Shown: positions 1 to 8,192, counted from the first letter of the stretch. The stretch: DNA of 11,804 nucleotides from Candidatus Hydrogenedentota bacterium (GCA_046583315.1 JAYGCN010000185.1:1-11804), one strand, 5' to 3'. Program-made: numbers and translations. Notes: generated by a model not told the origin, from the letters alone.

Positions 1-557
1 AGAACGAAAATCCCTACAGACACCATCACGATGCACAACGTCCAACCGAACGTTAACGCCTGATACAACTCCCCCCAAGAACTCTCCGTCAACTCCTGCG
101 CCTCATCCACCACCTGCCAATCCACATGCATGCCCTGAAAATTCACGCCACGAGAACCCGCCATCCACCCCCACAACACAAAGCCATTTGCAAACCGAAT
201 ATGCCAAGCAGGCGACCGCCGAATCTCCACAACATTGCCCGAAAACAACTCCGTCGATTGCAACCGCTCCACGATCCGCTTCATCAGAGGATACAAATGA
301 TTCTCACACTGCGTCGCCACCAGCATCTCCCGATTCGGACACGCCACCGACGCCCACAACACCATCAATTCAATTTCCGTCGTCTTCCCTACATCACGCC
401 CATCACAATGCACCTTGCGCAACGCATACGACTCCAACGAGTCAACCTGATAATCCCGCGCACTCCACGGCGCGCCGTTCCGATCTACCAAATACTCCCC
501 CGCAAACCGACACCGCTCATGCAACACCAGCCACGCATCAATCCTTGCCTTGTCCAT
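1..557 (-). CDS. terL: Phage terminase large subunit, N-terminal ATPase domain (partial, runs off window start)
   Basis: Hand translation from ATG 557: MDKARIDAWLVLHERCRFAGEYLVDRNGAPWSARDYQVDSLESYALRKVHCDGRDVGKTTEIELMVLWAS...FANGFVLWGWMAGSRGVNFQGMHVDWQVVDEAQELTESSWGELYQAL. It has an adenine-binding motif (RDYQ), Walker A with P-loop Arg (GRDVGKTT), an F-x-NG strand and Walker B (WQVVDEAQ) in terminase order. No stop before position 1. It overlaps the upstream TerS-like gene by 20 nt. Confidence 0.88.
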   Translation of the reverse strand, partial: MDKARIDAWLVLHERCRFAGEYLVDRNGAPWSARDYQVDSLESYALRKVHCDGRDVGKTTEIELMVLWASVACPNREMLVATQCENHLYPLMKRIVERLQSTELFSGNVVEIRRSPAWHIRFANGFVLWGWMAGSRGVNFQGMHVDWQVVDEAQELTESSWGELYQALTFGWTLCIVMVSVGIFV

Positions 558-1037
558 CCCCCGCTTCTTCAACTGATTTCTTGCGCGCCTCAAATTCCAT
601 TGCGTCCCCCAACACCCCTTCGCCCTGCTCCAACACCGACCCCATCATCGACGCCAACGTCACCAATTCCCCGCCGTCCCGCTCTTTGCACTGCTCCAAC
701 AATTCCTTCATAACTTTCCGCAGCCTTTCCTGTGTTTTAGCCCAAGCCTCCACCGCCGGATTCAACACCGCCGGCCCCTTCTCACGTTCCACCATCAATT
801 CCCCCGACTGAACACGTTTCAACAACCGATACGCCAACACACGAAGCATCAACGCCTCCTCCGCCAACATCAAAGACAAAGGCCCGCGCTCTTCCAATCA
901 ATCCAAACCAGCGAATCCCCCCAAAATCGTCGACATACCCTATTCTCATCCTCCGTCATCGACGCGCCATCAACCTCCAACGCCCCAATCACCCTCGCAA
1001 ACACCGCCGGAAACAAAATCTCTCCAGAAACCTCCAT
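538..1037 (-). pseudogene. Terminase small subunit-like protein (P27-family-like), split by a one-base frameshift (pseudogene or sequence error)
   Basis: GGAGG then ATG 1037 gives MEVSGEILFPAVFARVIGALEVDGASMTEDENRVCRRFWGDSLVWIDWKSAGLCL* (TGA 872-870). The -1 frame from 897 gives ...GELMVEREKGPAVLNPAVEAWAKTQERLRKVMKELL..., with the G...NPAV-helix pattern of P27-type TerS. One base added between 873 and 898 restores a 166-aa ORF directly upstream of terL. Confidence 0.68.
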
Positions 1038-1111
1038 ACGCCCCCTCCAAATCCCACTACACTACCTACTAACCCACACGTTGCACACCAGAAAAACATC
1101 CCCGCTCCCAT

Positions 1112-1140
1112 TTGATCTGCCACACAGCCCACCCTATAAT
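1112..1140 (+). promoter_or_regulatory. sigma70-type promoter for the coiled-coil/MshEN gene
   Basis: TTGATC (1112-1117), 17-bp spacer, perfect TATAAT (1135-1140); ATG 1183 is preceded by AGAAGG. Confidence 0.65.
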
Positions 1141-1182
1141 GAGGTCCCAGCCACACACTCACACCCAAGCAGAGAAGGCCAC

Positions 1183-2807
1183 ATGACCTCACAAAACGAC
1201 GACATACTCGAAATTCTCAACCAGATTATTGATTCGGGCATCGCAGAAACGACCCACAGTCCAAAACCATTACCCCCAAGAACCATCGAAACACACGCTC
1301 AAATCCAAAAACTCCCCAAACCCGTCGATTCAACCATCATTCCCGGTGCCAACCAACAACGTAAATTCAACGAACTCCTTGCCGAATTCGAAATAATCAA
1401 AAAACAACAACAGCAAGACAAACAAGCAAGTCAACGACTACGACTCCAATACGCCGTCACCAAGAAAAAACTCCAGATGGCCACAATTTCACTCGAATTC
1501 GTCATCGAAGAAAACGAAGCCCTCAAACAATCACTAGCCCCCCCCGAGCCCATCACTCAACTGCCCGAACTGATCAAAGCCATCACACTCATCACCCGGC
1601 TTCATCAGGAAACCCAAGCCGAACATCTCGAATTACACCACCAACACCAGCACAGCATCCACAAAGTCAAACAACTCGCCTCAGAACTCCATCTCTTGAA
1701 AACCGAACACGAAACACTCACCCAATCACACCAACAAGCCACCCAAGAAATCGATATCTTACGATCAAGTGCCAACACCGCCGAACGCCGTTCCCATCAA
1801 CTTTCAGAAGATCAGGAAGCACTCCAGAAAGACCTCCAACGACTGCGAGAACAAATAGGCAAAAAAGATAACGAAATCGATCGGCTCCAACAATCCCTCC
1901 AGAACCCACCGACCTCACCCGCCGAACACGAACTGAAAAAGGAAAACGACGCGCTCAAAGCCGAACTTAAAACCGTCCTGGGCGAATTCCAGAACCAGAC
2001 AGATTCACTCGAACAACTGGCCGATAAACTAGTCGATATTCAAAGCTTCGAATCAGAATTCAAACAAAAAAAACAATCTGCACGCCGAAATCGAAGCACT
2101 ACACGCCGCACTCAGCGAGGCCACCATTGTAAACGCGCAACCCGAACCACTAAAACAGCCCACCCATCCCCAACTCCAGAAACTACAAACCACCATCGAC
2201 ACCCTGGAAGAAGAGCTCCGTGCACTTCACGTAAAACTCGCACCAACGAATACCACGCCAACAATCGAAAAATTCAAGCCCCCCCTTCGATGCCTTCGAC
2301 GAATCCGGACGACAAAAAGCCATCGGCGAAATTCTCCTCGATGCTGAAATTATTACCGAAACACAACTCTTCAATGCACTCGTCGAACAAAACAAACAGC
2401 CCAACCGACGCCTCGGCTCCCTGCTCATCGAAAAAGACCTTATTCAAGAAGACACCGTCGCAAAAGTGCTCGCCAGCCAGCTAAGAGTCGAATACCTTGA
2501 CCTCGCCGGAATCACCATTCCCAACGACGTCTGCTCCACCCTGAACGGAAGGCTCGCCTCACACCACATGTGCATCCCCATTCGAAAAGCCAATAACCAA
2601 CTCACCATCGCCATGGCCAACCCCTTCGACACACTCGCACGCGAAGACATCGAACGAGAAACAGGCATGGACATCGAACTCGCCGTTGCACCCTCCTTCG
2701 ACATCTCCGCCGCAATCGTGCAACACTACGGAACCGACTACGCAAGCCAATCGAAACCGCTCACAACACCCCACTCCCGCAACCACCCTAGATCACCCCA
2801 ACAATAA
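1183..2807 (+). pseudogene. Long coiled-coil protein with C-terminal MshEN (T2SSE_N) domain; two apparent frameshifts
   Basis: The likely start is ATG 1183 (MTSQNDDILE). A Q/E/L/K heptad-rich frame runs to A8 (2066-2073). The coiled coil continues in +1 (NLHAEIEALHAALSE...LQTTIDTLEEELRAL). After C7 (2279-2285) another +1 gives FDAFDESGRQKAIGEILLDAEIITETQLFNALVEQNKQPNRRLGSLLIEKDLIQEDTVAKVLASQ...LTIAMANPFD...DIERETGMDIELAVA, in frame with ORF 2466-2807. Confidence 0.8.
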
Positions 2808-2826
2808 CTCCCTCCCCGGTCGCCAA

Positions 2827-3186
2827 CTAATCCGACAAAGAAGCAACCGCCTCCGCAATCGCATCCCCCTCGATAAGATGATGCGACGCATTCCAAACAG
2901 CCCTTCCACCCTTCACCAAAATAAGCTGCGGCGACTGATGCGTCACCCCCAGCGCGCCCGCTATCGCATTCGACACACCACGCGACTCAATCACCTTCAC
3001 CAGCACTATCTCCGGCGAACCCGACAACGCCCCCTCACGATAAATACCAACCCGATTATACGCCCCCGCAGAAATCGGACACGTCGTACTATGTTTCAAC
3101 ACAAAAAACGGCTCCTCGTCAGACTTTCCAAGCCGCTCCTCCCACTCCTCCTCACTCCTCAACTCAATCACAAGACAATCCTCCAC
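2827..3186 (-). CDS. ytxJ: YtxJ/BrxC family thioredoxin-fold monothiol redoxin (DUF2847)
   Basis: Family signatures FFVLKHSTTCPIS, R-x-x-SNAIA, HQSPQ (cis-Pro) and WNASH; 119 aa. Confidence 0.9.
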   Translation of the reverse strand: MEDCLVIELRSEEEWEERLGKSDEEPFFVLKHSTTCPISAGAYNRVGIYREGALSGSPEIVLVKVIESRGVSNAIAGALGVTHQSPQLILVKGGRAVWNASHHLIEGDAIAEAVASLSD

Positions 3187-3188
3187 AA

Positions 3189-3806
3189 CTACACCTTAGA
3201 AGCAACACCCTGATACATAAAACCTGCAAATCGAGGCGACTTCGGCAAATAAAACATCTCCAAGCGATCATACGAAAAGTGATGATCCCCAATCAGTTCC
3301 TTCATATCCCGATTCAGACGACACCCATCCCCGATTCGCTTCTGCAACGGCGTCAATCGATGCTGCCACGCCCGCACCTTCAGATCATCCGCCAATCCAT
3401 GCTCCACAAAATGAAAACGACCCCCCGGCCGCAAAATCCGATGCATCTCACTCAACGCAGCCCCCACATCCGGAATACTGCACAACGTCCACGTGCACAC
3501 CACCGTATCAAACGAAGCATCCTCATACGGCAGCACCTCCGCATTCAACACATCATGATTCACCTCAATCGGCGAAGCATCAATACGCCTCTTTGCAATC
3601 TTCCCCATACTCGGATTCACATCCGCCGTCGTTATCCGCTTCACACTCTCCGGATAATGCAACAAATTCAAACCCGTCCCAAAACCCACTTCAAAAATAT
3701 CCCCCTTTACATCCGCCAGCACCGCAACCCGCGCCTTCGACATATAACCATTCGACATCACCTTGTCCAAAATTCGCGGAAAAATCACACTCGAATAAAA
3801 ACCCAC
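3189..3806 (-). CDS. Class I SAM-dependent methyltransferase (Methyltransf_11; METTL7/TMT1-like)
   Basis: SAM motif I FEVGFGTGLN, LPYEDASFDTVVCTWTLCSIPD, RILRPGGRFHFVEH, GCRLNRD; GTG start after AGGGGG. Confidence 0.9.
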   Translation of the reverse strand: MGFYSSVIFPRILDKVMSNGYMSKARVAVLADVKGDIFEVGFGTGLNLLHYPESVKRITTADVNPSMGKIAKRRIDASPIEVNHDVLNAEVLPYEDASFDTVVCTWTLCSIPDVGAALSEMHRILRPGGRFHFVEHGLADDLKVRAWQHRLTPLQKRIGDGCRLNRDMKELIGDHHFSYDRLEMFYLPKSPRFAGFMYQGVASKV

Positions 3807-3808
3807 AA

Positions 3809-4780
3809 CTAATTCCCCCTCTTCGCGCTGTATCGACTGATAGGCCGCATCACCCGATTCGGATTCACCGCCTTCGGCCCAAGCTCCGAAGCCGAATAAA
3901 AAGTCGGCACCTCCGCACCATCAAATTCCTTTCGCCGATCAAACCCGATTGCCTCCCCCTGAAACTCGAAAGCCAACGCCACCGTCGTATACGATCCCAA
4001 TAACGCCTCCCCGACTGACTGCCCCTCCTCACGACGATACACCCGCGCCTGCAAATACGACCGCACCACCACCCAACGCCCATCCGCACTCACATCCCCG
4101 CCCGACACCCTATTTCGCACCCCTGTACCAAAAAAAATCTCCCCAACCAATATCAATCGATTCAATTCCCCCTCTTTCGGCTCCCCATCCGTTCGAAAAA
4201 TAAAAGACCTCCCCCCATTCTCATCATGATCCTTCGTAACAACCGTTAGCTCCCCCGACTCCGGATCAACCAACAACGCCTCAGCATCAAACACCGCCCT
4301 ATCCGGCTCTGGATACGCCAACCGAAACATCTCCACATACTTCGCCAACGCCTCCGACGGCGCAAAACCCGCACGCTTCACCACCACAGGCTCTGGCGTG
4401 CGATACACCAAAAATTCCTTCTGATTACGCGAATTATTCCCCATATCCCCAAGATACAAATACTCAAAACGCTTATCCGGCCCCGGACCAATCGCCATGT
4501 CCTCCCAATCCCGAGCACGAACACCCGGCAACGTAGCCGTTCCCAGCAACTCCCCCGTCGTCAACGACAACGCATACACCACCGCCCCATCACCCGAATC
4601 ATTATGCACCCACACCACATCCGCATAATCCCGACTCACCGCCAGACCCGAAATCTCCGGAACCAGCTCAGCAGGCGGTACACCCAACGCCTCACCCCCC
4701 GAATACGCCAGGCCGTCTTCTCCCCATACATCCACCGAAGACACAATAATCACCAATATGAATAACCGTTTCAAAACCAT
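3809..4780 (-). CDS. Secreted uncharacterised protein, probable beta-propeller with conserved acidic motifs
   Basis: Start more likely ATG 4780 (GGAGG upstream; signal-like MVLKRLFILVIIVSSVDVWG) than 4861. Motifs EISGLAVS, WVHNDSGD, DWEDMA, YLGDMGNN, DAEALLV and QGEAIGF recur at blade-like spacing. Confidence 0.7.
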   Translation of the reverse strand: MVLKRLFILVIIVSSVDVWGEDGLAYSGGEALGVPPAELVPEISGLAVSRDYADVVWVHNDSGDGAVVYALSLTTGELLGTATLPGVRARDWEDMAIGPGPDKRFEYLYLGDMGNNSRNQKEFLVYRTPEPVVVKRAGFAPSEALAKYVEMFRLAYPEPDRAVFDAEALLVDPESGELTVVTKDHDENGGRSFIFRTDGEPKEGELNRLILVGEIFFGTGVRNRVSGGDVSADGRWVVVRSYLQARVYRREEGQSVGEALLGSYTTVALAFEFQGEAIGFDRRKEFDGAEVPTFYSASELGPKAVNPNRVMRPISRYSAKRGN

Positions 4781-4894
4781 GCCACACAACCCTCCAGACA
4801 TCCAATCATAGAGTAGCCACCCACCCAATGCAACACCCCGAACAAACCTTATAGAACGCAATTACACAACAACAAAACATAAGGAGAATCAACC

Positions 4895-5374
4895 ATGACA
4901 CTGCCCACAACCGGTGCCAACGCGCGAAAAATCGAAAACCTACAAATAGGCGGAGGATACAACGAAGCCGCAGACGGCGGTGTCGACATCGACCAGACAG
5001 GCCACATCGCCGCCAACAGCGACCTCACCATAGACGGCTCTATCACCTTCAACGGGTTCCTCAACATGGGCATGGAAGCCGACCTCGAAATCGCCACCGG
5101 AGTCATCACCGTCACTCAAACCAGACACACCGTCGATGTCGAAGGCGGCGTGGACTCAAGCGACGATCTTGACACCATCAACGGAGGTACCGACGGGGAT
5201 TTGGTATTACTACGCGCGAAAAACGGAGGTCGAACCATCATCATCACTGAAAACGGAAACATAGCGGTCAACGGCACCACGCGAACCCTTGACTACCGAG
5301 ACGATCGAATACTCCTGACCTACTCCTCCTTCGCCCTGAAGTGGATCGAAGTCGCCTTCGCCAACAACTCATAA
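4895..5374 (+). CDS. Small beta-rich hypothetical protein resembling phage virion appendage (fibre/spike-like) domains
   Basis: Strong RBS AAGGAG; C-ending codons like the other + strand genes; G/D/T/N/I-rich; no signal peptide. The segment TVDVEGGVDSSDDLDTINGGTDGDLVLLR...RTIII..NGNI and terminal W-x-E-V recall motifs in phage structural proteins (from memory, not verified). The gene is well supported; the function is not. Confidence 0.55.
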   Translation: MTLPTTGANARKIENLQIGGGYNEAADGGVDIDQTGHIAANSDLTIDGSITFNGFLNMGMEADLEIATGVITVTQTRHTVDVEGGVDSSDDLDTINGGTDGDLVLLRAKNGGRTIIITENGNIAVNGTTRTLDYRDDRILLTYSSFALKWIEVAFANNS

Positions 5375-5389
5375 CCCCGACACTCCAGC

Positions 5390-5440
5390 GGGTCCGGTCG
5401 ACGACGATTTCACAAAACAAATCGCTCCGAAACCCGACCC
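5390..5440. terminator. Imperfect hairpin between convergent genes, possible terminator
   Basis: Inner stem CGATTT-cacaaaac-AAATCG (5405-5424) with outer GGGTC...GACCC arms; no clear U-tract. Confidence 0.3.
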
Positions 5441-5443
5441 CAA

Positions 5444-5695
5444 TTACGCCCCCACCCCAAGATCCCGCAACAAATTCTCCACCGCAGCACTCTCCATCGA
5501 CAATCGACACTCCCGCGTATACGTCCCCGCATGCGGCGTCAACAACACCTGATCAAATTTCGCCAACGGTCCCACATACGGCTCCTCCACAAACGCATCA
5601 AACCAGCACCCCCCAACACGCCCCGACTCCAGCGCCTTCACCAAAGCCGACTCATCAACCAGCTCACCCCGAGCCGAATTCAACAACACCACGCC
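5444..5695 (-). pseudogene. C-terminal 83 aa of a D-isomer-specific 2-hydroxyacid (phosphoglycerate-type) dehydrogenase, fused in frame to truncated AcrB
   Basis: GVVLLNSARGELVDESALVKALESGRVGGCWFDAFVEEP...QVLLTPHAG contains the family's catalytic Arg (N-x-ARG), Glu (EEP) and His (TPH). The GxGxxG NAD-binding region and N-terminal domain are absent. Confidence 0.9.
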
Positions 5696-6798
5696 ACCCG
5701 CCAACGATATTGGAATGCCCATCGCCACCCAAAATGCCAGGCGCGGCTCGAGGAAAAGCCACAAGATAATCAAAACAAATGCCAGACCCAACAGGCCGTT
5801 CTTCGCAATCATACTCAGTTGACTCTTGATAAACTCCGTCTGGTCGAACATCTCCGTCAGATAAACACCCTCCGGCAACGTGTCCACCTTCCACACCATA
5901 TACGCATCCACGGCGTCCGCAATATTGATCGCATCTTCCCCGGCGTTTTTCTGAATCTGGATCATGACGGAATCTTCACCGTTGTATTTCGAGTACTGCT
6001 CGTACTCCGTGAACCCATCTGTAATCGTCGCGATCTGACCCAACCGCACAACCCCGCCGTCGGCAGTGGCCTTCACCACCACCGTAGCCAACTCGTCGCC
6101 CGTATACTTTTTCGCCAACGTACGCAGGCGGATTTCCTCACCCTTCAACTTCAACTCGCCCGCAGACGCATTCATGCTCGAACGACGAATAGCCTGCGTC
6201 ACATCCCCAAGCGTCAAGTTATGCTCTTGCAGCGTCGCGGTTGAGACCTCCACTGATATTTCATAATAGCGCGCGTTGTAGACATACACCGACGAAATCA
6301 GAGGATCAGCCTGAAGCTCACTCCGAATCTCATCCGCCAACTGTTTCATTTGGCGTTCCGGAATGTCACCCCACACCACCAACCCCTTGACCTCTTCGTT
6401 ATTCTGCAATCGCTGTATCTGGGGAGTCTCGATATCCTCAGGAAACGTATTGATGGAATCAACCGCAGTGCGAATGCGTTGCCCAGCTTCAGCAAAATCC
6501 ACACCGTCAACGGTCTCGACCTCTATTCGAGAACTACCCTCGCGCGAAATGGACGTAAACCCCTTCACCCCCTGCATCCCGTCCAGCTTCGCTTCAATCC
6601 AGCGCGTGACGCCCTCTTCCACCTCCTCGGGATCCGCCCCGGGGTACACAACACTCACGGAATAGAAAGGAATGTTCATCTCCGGCTGACTCTCTTTGGT
6701 GATCGAGTTCACCGCAAACACACCCAGAACAACGATCAGTACAAGGATTACGTTGGCAAAAACCGTGTTGCGATGAGCGCGCGATAGAAATTCTGCAT
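5696..6798 (-). pseudogene. AcrB/AcrD/AcrF-family RND permease, N-terminal third only
   Basis: ATG 6798 (MQNFYRAL) is one base out of frame with RNTVFANVILVLIVVLGVFAV (TM1). Typical motifs follow: YPGADPEEVEEGVT, SISREGSS, VRLGQIATITDG, NGLLGLAFVLIILWLFL (TM2), FWVAMGIPISLAG (TM3). Similarity ends at about 370 aa, against more than 1000 aa for intact members. Confidence 0.9.
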
Positions 6799-6808
6799 GA
6801 CGCCGCCC

Positions 6809-8161
6809 CTACAAATCGGAATCGGTCGAAGACATCTCGGCCGATTCCAGGGTCACGTCCAACAATGAATTGTTCAGCGGATTCACCAAACGCGTTACGA
6901 CCACAATGTCACCCGAACTCAAACCCTCTGTGACGTACGCCGTATCGCCCTCAACACGTGCCACCGTCACCGGTACCCCAGTCAAACGATCATCCCGGGA
7001 CAAGTAGACTTCCTTGTCCAGACCGACCGCACCGTGCGGGATCGCAAATACATCTCTCATTTTTTGACCCGGTATTGACACCTCACAAAACATCCCCGCA
7101 ACCAGCGGAAACGAATTGACATCCTTCGACAGATTCGCATCAAGCCGATACTGCACCACCACCGTCAACGTGCGCGACTGCGGATCAAACTCCTCGACCC
7201 GATCCAGCGTACCCTGTCATGTGACTGACGTGTCATTCTCCGTCCAGCGAATTTCGCATGGAACCTGAGCGACCAAATCATACCACGATAAATTCGAACC
7301 CGGCGCGCCTTCCTCAAATTGAATCCACTGCTGCGCACTCCGCGCATCAAGCTTAATTGGAATCTCCAAAATCGAGTCATTCGCCAGCGTCACCGCATCA
7401 AAAAATTCATTCAGCTATTGCCCCTGCTCCACATCCGCCATCTTCACACGACCATGAAAAGGAGCCACCACTTTCGCACGCGTTATATTCAATTCCGCTC
7501 GCTTCAACCGTGCTTCATCCGCCAAAATACTCTGCTCCACTTCCTCAATTCGAATCGGATACACCGCCAACTCACGCTCAACCGCCTTCAACGCGTTCAA
7601 CGCAAGATTTACTTTTTCTTCGGACTCCTCAACGGACGTCTGATTTCCGATAGCGTCCTTCAACAGACGCATAGAACGTTCAAGCTGAAGTTTTGAGAGG
7701 TCATGCGTGCGCTTCAACGTTTCAAATCGCTCCCGCGCATGCTTCTCCTCCATTTGATGTTTCCGGATGGTCGTCTTCAATCCCTCCAGCTGAGCCGCGA
7801 TTTCCTCGCGCAACATCACATACATCGAATCATCAATCGATAAAAGAAGCTCCCCCTTCTCAATCACATTACCCTTATCCAACTCAGGATGCACATACAC
7901 CACACGCCCCGGAATTTCCGTCGAAAGCGTCACCGTATGCTTCGTGCGAACCTCCCCGAACCCTTTAAGGTGCACCGTCACATCTTCCGGCATCACCGCG
8001 ATCGCCCGCACCGTCAGACTGCGCACATCCGGTGGCGTAGAAGCCTCCGCCGGGGACTTATTCAATCTTATTAGGGTCATCGTCACAAACAGACTAAGAC
8101 CAATCATCAACCCACCCAACAATACCGACCTGATCGCGACGTTCTTCTTCATTTTCATCAT
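6809..8161 (-). pseudogene. RND efflux periplasmic adaptor (membrane fusion protein) with two in-frame nonsense codons
   Basis: ORFs 7415-8161 and 6809-7168 are in the same frame. The gap reads GQ*LNEFFDAVTLANDSILEIPIKLD...CEIRWTENDTSVT*QGTLDRVEEFDPQSRTLTVVV, with TAG at 7417-7415 and TGA at 7219-7217. It has an N-terminal TM, lipoyl halves (EIPGRVVYV...KGELLLSID; APFHGRV), an alpha-hairpin, GMF and GLSSGDIVVV. Confidence 0.9.
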
Positions 8162-8192
8162 CCTGCAATTTTCACCCTGATTTGGACAAATT

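Noticed and set aside
126..811. Long + strand ORFs 126-713 and 188-811
   Set aside because: P/H/T/R-rich shadows antisense to terL/terS, caused by the C/A skew.
2062..2075. Programmed -1 frameshift at A-AAA-AAA-C
   Set aside because: The -1 frame hits TAA within about 20 codons; continuity needs +1.
2074..2484. Basic, low-complexity C-terminus of ORF 1081-2484 and its TTG start at 1081
   Set aside because: Out-of-frame read-through after A8. The promoter at 1112-1140 and the RBS support ATG 1183.
4840..4858. GAAC...GAAC as a LexA box upstream of the phage-like gene
   Set aside because: Spacing is N10, not GAAC-N7-GAAC, and there is no GAAC-N4-GTTC.
5692..5730. 8-bp direct repeat CGCCACCC near the junction as a target-site duplication
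   Set aside because: It flanks only 23 bp of normal AcrB coding sequence, has no transposase or terminal repeats nearby, and is likely by chance in C-rich DNA.
5444..6721. Novel transporter-dehydrogenase fusion enzyme
   Set aside because: The join is mid-helix, both domains are incomplete and the operon carries other inactivating lesions.
7217..7417. Stop-codon reassignment (TGA=Trp, or TAG read-through)
   Set aside because: Two different stops occur in a single gene. Other genes use TGG for Trp and end normally at TAG, TGA or TAA.
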